64,000 nt of DNA from an uncultured Acidobacteriota bacterium (GCA_963700145.1 OY969474.1:2112001-2176000); one strand, 5' to 3'; counted from the stretch's first letter, positions 49,843 through 60,118 are shown. Notes: generated by a model from the sequence alone, not told the origin. A program made the numbers and translations.

Positions 49843-49850
49843 GAGAGCCA

Positions 49851-50430
49851 GGAAACTCTTTTGACCGGCAACGGAACACGGGGGAGAAGACCCGGAAAGC
49901 TCCCCGCGCCGTCCGGAAAGCGAACGCAGACGGCGGGAAGCGTCTCGAAGGCCGGGGAAATTCGGCGGCGGCGCGGGGAAAGGCTCTGCGGACGCGTCGA
50001 AACTCTCCCCGCTCGACTCAGACCGCTCTGCACTGCGAACGGAGCGCTCCGGCGCTCCGCGGGAGTCCGTCGGCGCTTGCGCGGAGCGCTCCCGCGGTGT
50101 GCGGATCTCTGGAACGGCTATCGCGGACCTCGCAGCGAGCCAGTCGGAGGCAGCGCCGGCTCGGCCGGCCGGCTCGTGCGGGTCGCCGGAGGCCGCGCCG
50201 GCTCGCTTGGAATTGCGCCGCAGACCGCTGGAGCGCTCCCGCCGACGCCGGGAGCATTTCCTCGTCGCGCGGGAGCCTTCCCGGTCGTCCTGGGAATGCT
50301 CCCGGTCTCGCTGGGAGAATTTCGCTCTCGCCGGAAACGCTCTGGCAAGGCGCGGGAGTCATTCGCCGTGCGCGCAGAGCGTTCCCGATGTCGTCGGGAG
50401 TCTTTCCAGCCGCTCCGGAAGTCTTCCGCG
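49851..50430. repeat. Degenerate 21-bp-period array (core ~GGGAGCGYTCCC + 9 variable nt)
   Basis: Cores at 49977, 49998, 50019, 50040, 50061, 50082 ... 50229, 50250, 50271, 50292, 50313, 50333, 50354, 50375, 50396, 50417. Confidence 0.75.
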
Positions 50431-50444
50431 CTATCCTCCTGACG

Positions 50445-52280
50445 ATGATCGGCAGGGTGGTCGGCAGCTACGAGATCCTCGAGCGGATCGGCGAGGGCGG
50501 GATGGGGACCGTCTACCGGGCGGTGGACCGGATGCTCGAGCGGGAGGTGGCGCTCAAGGCGATCCGGCCGGATCTCATGGCGCAGTCGCAGATCCTCGAG
50601 CGCTTCCGCTCCGAGGCGCGCGCGCTGGCGCGGCTCTCCCACCCCAACGTCGCCACCATCTACAGCTTCTTCCGCGAGGGCGAGGAGTACTTCCTGGCGA
50701 TGGAGTTCGTGCGCGGCCGCACCCTCGGCGAGCGGCTGCGCACCGAGGGCCCGCTGCCGCCCGAGACCGCGGTGCCGCTCTTCCTCTCGGCCCTCGCCGG
50801 GGTCGAGCACGCGCACGCCGCCGGCATCCTCCACCGCGACTTGAAGCCCGACAACCTGATGCTCGCCGAGAGCGGCGCGGTCAAGGTCATGGACTTCGGC
50901 CTGGCGCGGGCGGCGGGGAGCGGGCGGCTGACGACCTACGGCGTCCTCGTCGGCACGCTGCGCTACATGTCTCCCGAGCAGGTGCGCGGCGAGGACGCCG
51001 ACCGGCGCTCCGACGTCTACGCCCTCGGCGTCGTGCTCTTCGAGATGCTCACCGGCGGCCAGCCCTTCACCGGCAGCAGTGACTACGAGATCCTGCGCCT
51101 CAAGTGCGAGTCGGAGCCGAAGGCACCGCGCGCGCTCGCGCCGCACCTGCCGGAGTGGGTGGACGCGGTCGTGCTGCGGGCGCTGGCGCGGGAGCCGGAG
51201 GAGCGCTACCAGTCAGTGGCGGAGCTGGCCTCGACGCTGGCCGAGCACCAGCCGCTCCCGGCCTCCTACCGCCGGCCGAGCGCGCCGCCGCCCGCGGCCC
51301 TCTCGCCGGTCCCGGCGTCCGCCGCGCCGACGGTGGCGCCCACGCGCGTCCTGCCGGTCACGCAGCAGACCGCCATCCTGCCGCCCGCCGACACGCGGGT
51401 CGCGGCCCCGCCGGCGCCCGGCGGGGCCGCCGCGCCCGCGCGGCGCCGCGTCCCGCTCTGGCCGGTCGCCGCGGCGGCCGTCCTCGTCCTGGCGCTCGGC
51501 GGCGCGGCCTGGTGGGCGTTCGCCTTCGCACGGCGCGGCGAGCCCGACGCCGCGGCGGCGCCGGCGGAGCAGACCGCGGTGCCCGGCGCAAACGTGCCGC
51601 TCCTCCCGGCGCCCGACGAGACGGCCGGCACGCAGCCGGCCACCACGGGGCCGCCGATCGGCCAGGTCGTGGTCCAGCCACCGCCGGGCGACACGCCGGC
51701 CTATCCCGTCGCGGTCCCGCCCTCCTCTCCCCGCACGCCGGGGCGCCGGGAGATCCCGCCCCCCGCCGCACCGCCGGCTCCATCCGCCGCCGCGGACCCT
51801 CAGCCCGCCCCGCCGGCCCCTGCCGCCGCCGACGCCGCTCCGCAGCCTGCCGAGGAGCCCGCCGCGGGCGACGCCGCCGCCACGCCGCGGGTCGAGGGGC
51901 TACGGCAGCTCGAGCAGGCGGCGGCCGACCTCTACGCCGCCTACGACAACTACCTGGACTCCGACCGGCCCGAGCCGGCGAACGAGGACCTGGAGGACGA
52001 GCTGCTGGAGACGATGGAGCTCTTCGGGGAGGGCGTCACCGAGCTCCGGCAGGCGGTCGCCGCCTCGCAGCAGCAGGGCGGCCTGCGCCGCCTACGCGGC
52101 CGCTTCCCGGGCGCCCGCGACGAGCGGGTGCGCCTGCGCAACAAGGCCTGCGAGGCGGCGCGGCCGGCGCGGCGGATCGAAACGCTTCTGCCTCGGGTCG
52201 AGGCCCCGGCCAACGTCCGCCAGCAGTGGCAGGAAATCCGCCTCCACCTGCGCCCGGTGATGGGGCTCTGTCCCGGCTAG
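50445..52280 (+). CDS. Hanks-type Ser/Thr protein kinase with TM and Pro-rich region
   Basis: IGEGGMGTVY, VALK, HRDLKPDN, DFG, YMSPEQ. Confidence 0.95.
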   Translation: MIGRVVGSYEILERIGEGGMGTVYRAVDRMLEREVALKAIRPDLMAQSQILERFRSEARALARLSHPNVATIYSFFREGEEYFLAMEFVRGRTLGERLRTEGPLPPETAVPLFLSALAGVEHAHAAGILHRDLKPDNLMLAESGAVKVMDFGLARAAGSGRLTTYGVLVGTLRYMSPEQVRGEDADRRSDVYALGVVLFEMLTGGQPFTGSSDYEILRLKCESEPKAPRALAPHLPEWVDAVVLRALAREPEERYQSVAELASTLAEHQPLPASYRRPSAPPPAALSPVPASAAPTVAPTRVLPVTQQTAILPPADTRVAAPPAPGGAAAPARRRVPLWPVAAAAVLVLALGGAAWWAFAFARRGEPDAAAAPAEQTAVPGANVPLLPAPDETAGTQPATTGPPIGQVVVQPPPGDTPAYPVAVPPSSPRTPGRREIPPPAAPPAPSAAADPQPAPPAPAAADAAPQPAEEPAAGDAAATPRVEGLRQLEQAAADLYAAYDNYLDSDRPEPANEDLEDELLETMELFGEGVTELRQAVAASQQQGGLRRLRGRFPGARDERVRLRNKACEAARPARRIETLLPRVEAPANVRQQWQEIRLHLRPVMGLCPG

Positions 52281-52293
52281 ACCGCTCCTCCCG

Positions 52294-53502
52294 CTACCAC
52301 CTGAAGATCGCCGCCAGCGGCGCGCCCTCCGCCGGCACCTCCTCCGCCGGCACGGCGAAGACCTCGCCGCCGTGGAGGAAGGTCTGGATCGCCGCCAGGT
52401 CGCAGAGATCCTCGCTCCCCGGGCTCGGCGCGTCGCCGTGGCCGTCGAGCTCGACCTTGCGCTCCTCCGGGTCCCAGCTCCCCCAGCAGCGCGCGCCGAC
52501 CGAGGTGAAGAGCGTGTCCACCCGCCCGTCGTGGGCGGCCGCGACCACTTCGTCGAGGTCGCCGGTGGCGCGGCCGGTGCCGCTCAGCTCGCCGTAGCGC
52601 TCCGCAAGGCGCCGGCGCCGCTCGAGGAAGAGCGGCTCGACCAGCTTCCAGGCGGCGGCGTGCAGCTCCTCCGGCCGTAGCACCTCGGGGTTGCCGAGCA
52701 CCCCCTCTTGCATCAGGTGTGGGTGCTGCGTCGCCTCGCGGTAGATCGGCAGCAGGTAGTCGACGCCGGCCAGCACCAGCGGCGCGTTGCGGTCGATCGG
52801 CAGCTCCTGGATGCCGTTGTCCACCCGCTTGAAGAAGTTGAACAGAGCGGTCTTGGTGTCGTCCTCGCTGGCACCGTGGCTGTGGAAGCCGGGCGCGCCG
52901 TGGCTCACCCGCGCGCCCGGGCCGCTCTGGGCGAAGGCCAGCGGCCTCTGCCCCAGCTCCTCCCCCACCGCCTCCTCGATGCTGCGCGGCACGTCCTTGA
53001 GGTCCACCTCCTCGACGCTCCAGCGGCTGCCTTCGAAGAGCCGGATGTCGTGCATCGCGATCGCCAGGACGAAGAAGCGGCCGTCGCCGTCGAAGAGCGA
53101 GAAGACGGGCTTCAGGTGGAAGCGGTCCTCGACCGCCGCCAGCTCGTCGAAGCGCAGCGGCAGGCGGTAGACGCGGACCAGGTCGGGGGCGCGGAAGGCC
53201 GCCAGCCCTTCGCTCTGGTGCTGCCAGAAATCGGTGTCGTCCTGGAAGGCGCGCAGCGGCTCGAGCAACTCTTCGATCTCGGGCCGGCGCAGGCCGCGCT
53301 CGGCGAGCTGCTCCTCGGCGGCGCGCAGCAGGTTCTTCCAGCGGATCGGGTTCTGCTGCGTCTCCGCCCCGGCGCGCGCCGTGGGCAGGAAGATCGAGAT
53401 ACAGGGCCCGGGACGGGGCTCCAGCAGGCCGCGGACCTCCTCGCGGGTCAGCGGGCCGGGCAGGGCGGTCTCGACAGGGAGGGGGGTCTCGACTCTCGTC
53501 AT
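52294..53502 (-). CDS. Bacterial archaeo-eukaryotic release factor (baeRF)-like protein
   Basis: PCISIFLPT, NPIRWKNLL, FHLKP, PLVLAG, GNPE, GRVDTLF, GGEVF, AAIFRW. Confidence 0.75.
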   Translation of the reverse strand: MTRVETPLPVETALPGPLTREEVRGLLEPRPGPCISIFLPTARAGAETQQNPIRWKNLLRAAEEQLAERGLRRPEIEELLEPLRAFQDDTDFWQHQSEGLAAFRAPDLVRVYRLPLRFDELAAVEDRFHLKPVFSLFDGDGRFFVLAIAMHDIRLFEGSRWSVEEVDLKDVPRSIEEAVGEELGQRPLAFAQSGPGARVSHGAPGFHSHGASEDDTKTALFNFFKRVDNGIQELPIDRNAPLVLAGVDYLLPIYREATQHPHLMQEGVLGNPEVLRPEELHAAAWKLVEPLFLERRRRLAERYGELSGTGRATGDLDEVVAAAHDGRVDTLFTSVGARCWGSWDPEERKVELDGHGDAPSPGSEDLCDLAAIQTFLHGGEVFAVPAEEVPAEGAPLAAIFRW

Positions 53503-53539
53503 CGTGGGCACCTCCTTCGCGCGTGCGCCGAAGAGACGG

Positions 53540-53555
53540 TGCAACCGACATGCCT
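53540..53555 (-). promoter_or_regulatory. Sigma-54 -24/-12 promoter for the baeRF-like gene
   Basis: AGGCATGTCGGTTGCA (GG-N10-GC). Confidence 0.55.
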
Positions 53556-53569
53556 CCTATAATCGTCGT

Positions 53570-54037
53570 ATGGCCACATCACCCCAGCAGCGCATCGAGT
53601 CCGACCTCAAGGAAGCGCTCAAGGCCGGGCAGAAGGAGCGGCTCTCGACCCTGCGTCTCCTGCTGACCGAGATCAAGAACGAGCGCATCCGCCGCGGCGG
53701 CGAGGTGGACGAGCCGGCCTTCGTCGCCCTCGTGCGCAAGGCGGTGAAGCAGCGGGAAGAGGCCGCGACGCAGTACCGCCAGGGGGCGCGCCCCGAGCTG
53801 GCCGAGAAGGAGGAGCGGGAGGCGGTCGTCCTCACCGCCTACCTGCCCGCCCAGGCCGACGAGGCGCAGATCCGTGCCGCGATCGAGGAGCTGGTGGCCG
53901 CCCGCGGCCTTGCCGGCCCCGCCGGCATCGGCCCGGTGATGAAGGAGATGCTCGCCCGCTTCGGCTCCGCCGCCGACGGCGCGACGATCAACCGCCTGGC
54001 GCGCGAGATCCTCACTCGGGCGAACTCTGGGACCTAA
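53570..54037 (+). CDS. GatB/YqeY domain protein
   Basis: DLKEALKA, KQREEA...Y, YLPAQ, GPVMK; TATAAT 6 nt before ATG. Confidence 0.92.
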   Translation: MATSPQQRIESDLKEALKAGQKERLSTLRLLLTEIKNERIRRGGEVDEPAFVALVRKAVKQREEAATQYRQGARPELAEKEEREAVVLTAYLPAQADEAQIRAAIEELVAARGLAGPAGIGPVMKEMLARFGSAADGATINRLAREILTRANSGT

Positions 54038-54069
54038 GGCGCGAAAGCTTTCGCGCCGTGTGAAATCAA

Positions 54070-55968
54070 TTGCGCCGCGTCGTCGTCGGCACCGCCGGCC
54101 ACATCGACCACGGCAAGACCCGCCTCGTCCAGGCCCTCACCGGCATCGACTGCGATCGCTGGGCCGAGGAGAAGGCCCGCGGCATCACCATCGACCTCGG
54201 CTTCGCCTACCTCTTCGACGGCGACCTGCAGGTCGGCTTCGTGGACGTCCCCGGCCACGAGCGCTTCCTGCACAACGCGCTGGCCGGCTTGGGCGGCATC
54301 CGCATCATGCTGCTCGTCGTCGCCGCCGACGAGGGGGTGAAGCCGCAGACCCGCGAGCACCTGGCGGTCTGCTCGCTCCTCGGCATCCCGGCGGGGCTCG
54401 TCGCCCTGACCAAGACCGACCTCGTCTCCGCCGACCTCCAGGAGCTGGCACAGCTCGAGGTCGAGGAGCTGCTGGCCGCAACCCCGTTCGCCGGCGCGCC
54501 GGTCTTGCCGGTGTCGAGCGAGACCGGCGCCGGGATCGCGGAGCTCAAGGCCGCGATCCTCGACCTCGCCGCCCGCCACGCCGCGCCGCACGACGCAGCG
54601 CTTCCCGCCCGCCTCCCGGTCGATCGCGCCTTCCACCTCAAAGGGCTCGGCGTCGTCGTCACCGGCACGCTGGCGAGCGGCGAGGTGCGGCCGGGGGACG
54701 CGCTGGAGCTGCTGCCGCGCGGCGAGCGGCTGCGGGTGCGGAGCGTCCAGGTGCACGGCCGGCCGCGCGAGGCGGCGGTGGCCGGGGAGCGCACCTCGCT
54801 CCAGCTCACCGGCGTGGAGCTCGACGCCCTGGCCCGCGGCATGACCCTCGCCGCCCTCGGCGCCTTCGCCGCCACCACCCGCCTCCTCGCCGACTTCCAT
54901 CTTCTGCCCGACGCGCCGGCGCCCTTGCACGGCTGGACGCCCGTACGCCTCCACCTCTACGCCAGCGAGGTGCTGGGGCGGCTGCGGCCGCTCGGGGCCG
55001 GCGGGATCGCGCCGGGCGGCAGCGGCCCGGTCGAGGTCCGCCTGGAGGCGCCGGTCGTGGCGGTGCGCGGCGACCGCTACGTCGTCCGCCGTCCCTCTCC
55101 CGCCGCCACTCTCGGCGGCGGTCGCGTGCTCGATCCCCGCTGGCGCCGCCACCGCGCGCGCGACCTGCCGGGAACTCTGGCCGCCCTCGCCGGCGACCTC
55201 CGCGCCGCGCTCCTCGCCTGGGGCGAGGAGGCGGGCGAGCGCGGGCTGGAGGCGGCGGAAGCGGCGCGGCGTCTCGGCGTGCCGGCGGAGCGGGCCGCGG
55301 CGGAGCTGGCCGCGCTTGCCGGCGCGCAGAAGCTCCTCGAGGTGCCGGAGGGGCCGGGGTACGCCCGCCGCTGGATCGCCCCCGCGGCGGTGCGCCGGGT
55401 CTCCGAGCGCGCCCGGCGGGTGCTCGCCGAGCACTTCCGGCGCGACCGCCTCGCCGAGGCGATGCCGCGGGCCGAGGCGGTGCGCCGCATCCTGCGCGGC
55501 GCCGCCGACCTCGCGCCGGTCTACCTCCCCTGGCTGGAGGCCGAGCGGGTGCTGGCGGTGCGCGGCGACCTCGTGACCCTCCCCGGCCGCACCGCCGAGC
55601 TGACCGGCGAGGAGTCGCGTCTGGCCGCCGCGGTGCAGGAGCGCTTCGACCGCGGCGGGCTCACCCCGCCCTCGCCCGCCGAGATGGCGCGCGAGCTGGG
55701 AGCCAAGCCGCAGATCGTCGACGGCGTCGTCCGCCACCTCGTCGAGCGCGCGCGCCTGGTCAAGCTCCCCGCCGGCCTGGTGCTCTCGGCCGCCGTGCTC
55801 GCCGAGCTGCGCGACCGCCTCCTCGCCAGCGACTGGGAGCGCTTCTCGGTGGCCGACTTCAAGGACCGCTTCGGCCTCTCGCGGAAATGGGCGATCCCGC
55901 TCCTCGAGCACCTCGACTCGACCGGCGCCACCCGGCGGGTCGGCGACGAGCGGCAGGTCGTGCGCTAG
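54070..55968 (+). CDS. selB: Selenocysteine-specific elongation factor
   Basis: [33 protein letters not shown]-terminal winged helix [15 protein letters not shown]. Confidence 0.96.
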   Translation: MRRVVVGTAGHIDHGKTRLVQALTGIDCDRWAEEKARGITIDLGFAYLFDGDLQVGFVDVPGHERFLHNALAGLGGIRIMLLVVAADEGVKPQTREHLAVCSLLGIPAGLVALTKTDLVSADLQELAQLEVEELLAATPFAGAPVLPVSSETGAGIAELKAAILDLAARHAAPHDAALPARLPVDRAFHLKGLGVVVTGTLASGEVRPGDALELLPRGERLRVRSVQVHGRPREAAVAGERTSLQLTGVELDALARGMTLAALGAFAATTRLLADFHLLPDAPAPLHGWTPVRLHLYASEVLGRLRPLGAGGIAPGGSGPVEVRLEAPVVAVRGDRYVVRRPSPAATLGGGRVLDPRWRRHRARDLPGTLAALAGDLRAALLAWGEEAGERGLEAAEAARRLGVPAERAAAELAALAGAQKLLEVPEGPGYARRWIAPAAVRRVSERARRVLAEHFRRDRLAEAMPRAEAVRRILRGAADLAPVYLPWLEAERVLAVRGDLVTLPGRTAELTGEESRLAAAVQERFDRGGLTPPSPAEMARELGAKPQIVDGVVRHLVERARLVKLPAGLVLSAAVLAELRDRLLASDWERFSVADFKDRFGLSRKWAIPLLEHLDSTGATRRVGDERQVVR

Positions 55969-56058
55969 CCCTTCGACCGTCCTCTCAGGAGGACGAGCGC
56001 GCCTCTCCGCCGCGCCGCCCGTTCCGTCCGAAGCCCTTTCGTTTCAGTCGCTTCGCGG

Positions 56059-56074
56059 TGGCATATCGCTTGCT
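56059..56074 (+). promoter_or_regulatory. Sigma-54 -24/-12 promoter
   Basis: TGGCATATCGCTTGCT, ~32 nt upstream of ATG 56107. Confidence 0.65.
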
Positions 56075-56106
56075 CTCTATGGACCGCGAAGACAGGAGGA
56101 CCGACA

Positions 56107-56619
56107 ATGAGAACCGCGCTCCGAAAGACCCTGCTCGCCCTCGCCGCCGTCGCCATGCTGGTGCCGGCGACGGCCGACGCGCAGGTCCAGCGTCGCAACC
56201 GTGACCGTGCCTACGATCGCTACAACCAGCGCTACCAGGGCGACTGGGCGGCGGCCGAGCTCGAGAAGATGGCCCGCCAGGTCCACCGCCAGGCCCTCGA
56301 CTACCAGCGCGGCGGCGGCCGCGGCGAGCGCGAGGTGATCAACCGCCTGCGGGCCCTGGAGGAGGCCGCCCGCGCCTTCAACCGCAGCGGCGGCGACGAG
56401 CGGGCCTTCGAGCGGCTCGCCGACACCTACTTCGCGGCCGGCGACGCCCTCTCGCGCATCCGCTACCGCGCCCACGTCTACGGCGGTTTCAACCGGATCG
56501 ACCAGCTCATGGACGAGATGTTCAACCGCTACGGCTACCGCGACCGGCGCTTCAGCAACGATCGCCTCCGTGACCAGGATCGCTTCCGCGACCGGCCGCG
56601 CGACCGCTGGCGCTACTAG
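56107..56619 (+). CDS. Secreted hypothetical protein, Arg/Asp/Tyr-rich termini
   Basis: AGGAGG RBS; signal peptide ending ADA; host codon usage. Confidence 0.8.
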   Translation: MRTALRKTLLALAAVAMLVPATADAQVQRRNRDRAYDRYNQRYQGDWAAAELEKMARQVHRQALDYQRGGGRGEREVINRLRALEEAARAFNRSGGDERAFERLADTYFAAGDALSRIRYRAHVYGGFNRIDQLMDEMFNRYGYRDRRFSNDRLRDQDRFRDRPRDRWRY

Positions 56620-56712
56620 CGGTCTGGAGAGCGCTCCGTCTTGCAGCGGCTCAGCGTTGGGGGCGCTGCAGCCGCCCAGCGCTCGCCCGGCCTTACTGCA
56701 TTGACTTCGATA

Positions 56713-56750
56713 CCCCCTCCCTGGCCCTCCCCCGCTGCGCGGGGGAGGGA
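56713..56750. repeat. REP-like hairpin (family of 17444-17482)
   Basis: CCCCCTCCCTGG-CCCTCCCCCGC-TGC-GCGGGGGAGGGA. Confidence 0.7.
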
Positions 56751-56782
56751 GCTTCGTCTCTCCGGCTAAACTACCCGCTCAC

Positions 56783-57166
56783 ATGAGCTCCTCTCGCACC
56801 ATCGCGGTGCTCGGCGCCTCCGGCAACCGGCGGAAGTACGGCAACAAGTCGGTGCGCGCCTACCAGGCCGCGGGCTACAAGGTCTACCCGGTCAACCCGC
56901 ACGAGACCGAGGTCGAGGGGCTGCCCGCGCTGGCGCGGCTCGCCGACGTGCCGGAGCCGCTGGAGCGGATCAGCGTCTACCTCCAGCCGGAGGTCACGCT
57001 CCAGGTGCTGCCGGAGATCGAGGCGGCCGGCGCGCGCGAGGTCTGGTTCAACCCCGGCTCGGCCGACGCCCAGGTCGTCGAGGAGGCCCGCCGGCTCGGC
57101 CTCCCCGTCCGCCACGGCTGCAGCATCGTGGACATCGGCTTCAGCCCGGCCCAGTTCCCCGCCTGA
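56783..57166 (+). CDS. CoA-binding protein (YccU-like)
   Basis: IAVLGAS, YPVNP, VWFNPG, GCS. Confidence 0.88.
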   Translation: MSSSRTIAVLGASGNRRKYGNKSVRAYQAAGYKVYPVNPHETEVEGLPALARLADVPEPLERISVYLQPEVTLQVLPEIEAAGAREVWFNPGSADAQVVEEARRLGLPVRHGCSIVDIGFSPAQFPA

Positions 57167-57310
57167 ATCTTCCGTATCGTTGTCCCCTTTTTTCCTCTTC
57201 AAGCAACTTAAGGAGGCAGAGGAGGGTCCGCCACGGCGACCGATCTGTTCTCCCGAATCCAGGCTCACCTCGTCGTCCTCGCCGAGGAGCGGGAGGCGGC
57301 ATGCGGGCAC

Positions 57311-57847
57311 TTGGCCGACCTCCTCGCCCTGCCGGCGGCGCAGCGCGAGGGCGCCACCCGCGTCCGCCCCGCCTGGCAGACGTTCGGCCTCGCCGAGCTG
57401 CTGGTCGAGCGGAGCGCCGAGGCGGCGCCGCGCGCGGCGCTCGAGCTGGCGCGCCTCGCCGTGGCGGTCGCCGCCTGCCTCGAGCCGGCGCGCTACACCG
57501 CTTCCCTGGTGTGCGACCTGCGGGCCCGCGCCTGGGCGCAGCTAGCCGAGGCGCGGCGGCTCGACGGCGACCTCGCCGGCGCCGCCAAGGCGCTGGACGT
57601 CGCCGAGGAGCTGTGCGAAGAGGGGTCGGCGGACCCGCTGTTGGAGGCCCACCTCCTGGAGCGGCGCGCAGCGCTCCGCGCCGGCCGGGGGGACGCCGAG
57701 GACGCGGCCGCGATGCTGGAGCGGGCGGCGAAGATCTACGAGAGCGTGGCCGACGCGCCGCGCGCGGTCAGCGCCCGGCTCGCAGCCTCCGCGCTGGGCG
57801 CCTCCGAGCTGGGCGCGCCGCCTCGCGCCGCCCGGGCCGCGGGCTAG
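57311..57847 (+). CDS. TPR-like helical hypothetical protein; true start probably upstream
   Basis: DLRARAWAQLAEARRL.GD..GA; frame is open back to 57212. Confidence 0.65.
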   Translation: MADLLALPAAQREGATRVRPAWQTFGLAELLVERSAEAAPRAALELARLAVAVAACLEPARYTASLVCDLRARAWAQLAEARRLDGDLAGAAKALDVAEELCEEGSADPLLEAHLLERRAALRAGRGDAEDAAAMLERAAKIYESVADAPRAVSARLAASALGASELGAPPRAARAAG

Positions 57848-58833
57848 CGCGCGGCGCGCAGCGTCGCGGCGCGGCCGAGCCAGCGACCCGCCCGCCGCAG
57901 CGGCAGCGGCAGGCACCGCGCTCCTCTTCCCTCGACGCGCGCCGGGATGGTCTCGAAGAGCAGCTCCGCCCACTGCGGCAGGATCGCCGCCGCCGTGTAG
58001 TCGGCGGCGCGGGCGCGACCGTTCTCGACCATCGCGGCGTAGAGCCCGGGCTCGGCGAGCAGGCGCTCGACCGCCCGCTCCGCCTCCGCGCGCGTGCCGG
58101 CCTCCAGGTAATCGAGGGGCGAGCGGCGGAGCTCGCGGTAGGCGACCTCCGGCCCGAGCAGCGCCGGCACCCCGGCCAGCCAGGCGTTGACCAGCTTGCT
58201 CGCCGGTTTCCAGCGCCAGAGCGTGCGCTGCGGCGGGCGCACCGCGACGATCAGGTCGAGGTCCCGGTGGTCGGGCCAGTCGAGCGGCAGCCTGTCGGTG
58301 GCCGCCCGGGGGAACTCGACCGAGTCCACCACCCACTCGATGCCGCACGCGGCCAGGAAGTCGCGCCAGGCCGGGGCGCGGAGGTCGAGGTGGAGGTTGG
58401 CGTCGAAGCCCTTGTAGGCGGCGCGCTCGAGGCGGCTGCCGCGCGCCGGGTCGCGCGGCACGAGCGCCGGCTGCGGCCAGTGCGGCAGGTGGAAGCGGCG
58501 GCGGCCGTCGGCGAACCAGCCGTTCTGGAGGATCTCGAAGTCGGCGGCGAGCGGCTCGCGGTTGTCGGCGCGAACGCCGACCAGGACCGCGTCGCCGAGC
58601 GCGCCCCCGGCGGCGCAGAGCGCCCGCTCGTGCTTGGCGTGGAAGACGACGAGCCCGCCCGCCGGCGGGGTGCCGGCGAGCTTGACCGGCCAGCCGGCGC
58701 GGGCGAGGCGCAGGTAGGCCTGGAGCACCCAGATCCGCTCGCCGCGCTGGAACTCCCGCCATTCGCGGTCGGGGTCGATCCCCGCCAGGCGCTCGAGGTC
58801 CGGCTCGCCGGCGAGGAAGAAAGTGACCTCCAC
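57844..58833 (-). CDS. Putative glycosyltransferase (GT-B-like)
   Basis: WVLQAYLRL, HWPQPAL, KPASKLVNAWLAGVPALLG. Confidence 0.65.
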   Translation of the reverse strand: MEVTFFLAGEPDLERLAGIDPDREWREFQRGERIWVLQAYLRLARAGWPVKLAGTPPAGGLVVFHAKHERALCAAGGALGDAVLVGVRADNREPLAADFEILQNGWFADGRRRFHLPHWPQPALVPRDPARGSRLERAAYKGFDANLHLDLRAPAWRDFLAACGIEWVVDSVEFPRAATDRLPLDWPDHRDLDLIVAVRPPQRTLWRWKPASKLVNAWLAGVPALLGPEVAYRELRRSPLDYLEAGTRAEAERAVERLLAEPGLYAAMVENGRARAADYTAAAILPQWAELLFETIPARVEGRGARCLPLPLRRAGRWLGRAATLRAAR

Positions 58834-58886
58834 GGGCGCGCCAGCCTAGCAGCGCGCGCCCGCCGGACCGCGACATAATCGCCGCC

Positions 58887-59297
58887 ATGTCCGTCGAGAT
58901 CACCGGCCGCTACGTCGGCCACCTGAAAGTGGAGCTGACGCACGAGCCCTCCGGTACCGTGCTCACCACGGCCGCGCCCAAGGACAACCAGGGGGACGGC
59001 AGCTCCTTCTCCCCCACCGACCTCCTCGCCACCTCCCTCGGCGCCTGCATGATGACGCTGATCGCCATCGTCGGCACGCGCGAGGGAGTGGACCTCGACG
59101 GCCTCCGCTTCCGCCTGGAGAAGCACATGAAGAGCGACCCGCGGCGCGTGGGCTCGGTGCCGGTGACGATCTGGATGCCGGCGGGCCTCACCCCGGACCA
59201 GCGGCGGAAGCTCGAGAACGCCGCCCTCACCTGCCCGGTCCACAAGAGCCTGCCGCCCGAGCTCGAGCGGGAGGTGCGGTTCGTCTACCCGGACTGA
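58887..59297 (+). CDS. OsmC family protein
   Basis: FSPTDLLATSLGAC, CPVHKSL. Confidence 0.92.
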   Translation: MSVEITGRYVGHLKVELTHEPSGTVLTTAAPKDNQGDGSSFSPTDLLATSLGACMMTLIAIVGTREGVDLDGLRFRLEKHMKSDPRRVGSVPVTIWMPAGLTPDQRRKLENAALTCPVHKSLPPELEREVRFVYPD

Positions 59298-59722
59298 GCC
59301 GGGTCCAGCGTCTGTAGGAGGCGCTGGGCCTCTTCCGGGGTGAACACCCCGTCGTCCTTGCACTTCCAGATCATCATGCGCAGGGTCGCGCGCTGGAGAA
59401 CGCCGACGGCCGTCGCGGCAGGATCGCCTTCCGGCGGCGCCTCGGGAGCGGCGGACGTTGGAGGGGGCGTGGATGGGCCGAGCGCCCCTTGGAAGAAGTC
59501 GCCGGGCGGCAGATCGATGGCCCGCAGCACGGCGAGGACGTGCGCCACCTTGAGCTGCACCGAGCCGCGCAGCACCTGGCGTAGGTAGTCCTGCCCGATC
59601 TGGGCGCCCTTCTCGACATCGCGGTAGCTCTTTCCCGACTCGCGGATCCTCTCCTTCAGCGCCTCCAAGATCCTCCGGGTCTCCGGGTCCGTGGTGCCCA
59701 AATAAGCTGTCTTGTCCCGCAC
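59285..59722 (-). CDS. XRE/Cro-like HTH protein
   Basis: KSYRDVEK...IGQDYLRQVLRGSVQLKV; divergent from array B. Confidence 0.75.
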   Translation of the reverse strand: MRDKTAYLGTTDPETRRILEALKERIRESGKSYRDVEKGAQIGQDYLRQVLRGSVQLKVAHVLAVLRAIDLPPGDFFQGALGPSTPPPTSAAPEAPPEGDPAATAVGVLQRATLRMMIWKCKDDGVFTPEEAQRLLQTLDPAQSG

Positions 59723-59737
59723 GGCGGAGAGCCTATC

Positions 59738-59813
59738 TCAACGGCTTGACGGAGGGTTGTCAACGGTTCTTGGCTTATAACCGTTGACTTCACTCCGCTA
59801 GGCATCGTAAGAT
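59738..59813. promoter_or_regulatory. Operator-like inverted repeat overlapping a sigma-70 promoter
   Basis: GTCAACGGTT-N10-AACCGTTGAC (59759-59788), extra half-site TCAACGG at 59738; TTGACT-N18-TAAGAT (59784-59813). Confidence 0.65.
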
Positions 59814-59895
59814 GCTCCATGCCGTTCATTTCTCTCCATCCGCTGGAAGCTCGGCCCGGCACCGTTGCGGGCGCTCGCTTTCCATTCCGGACGCT

Positions 59896-60118
59896 CCGGT
59901 ACCGTGCCGGCCGCGCCGTTACGGTGACGGCGCGCCCGTTACGGAGATGGTCGTCCCGTTACCGTAACGGAGCGGCAGTCACGGTAACGGCGCGCCCGTT
60001 ATCGAGACGGGGCGCCCGTTATGGAGATGGAGCGCCCGTTACGGTAACGAGGCGCCCGTCATGGAGACGGAGCTTCCGTCACCGTAACGGAGCGCCCGTC
60101 ATCGTGACGGAGCTTCCG
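59896..60118. repeat. 20-bp-period palindromic tandem array B (11 units; CCGTYAY-N-GWRACGG + 5-nt spacer)
   Basis: Units start at 59896, 59916 ... 60096 with no indels. Confidence 0.92.

Noticed and set aside
49247-49850. tmRNA (ssrA) next to smpB
   Set aside because: No tRNA-Ala-like GGGG..TG 5' end, no TTCGA..CC..CCACCA 3' end and no tag reading frame.
54070-55968. Selenoprotein genes near selB
   Set aside because: No in-frame TGA at a Cys-equivalent position was seen in the window's genes.
56520-56615. GACCG-rich repeats at the end of 56107-56619
   Set aside because: Explained by low-complexity RDR/DRF protein sequence.
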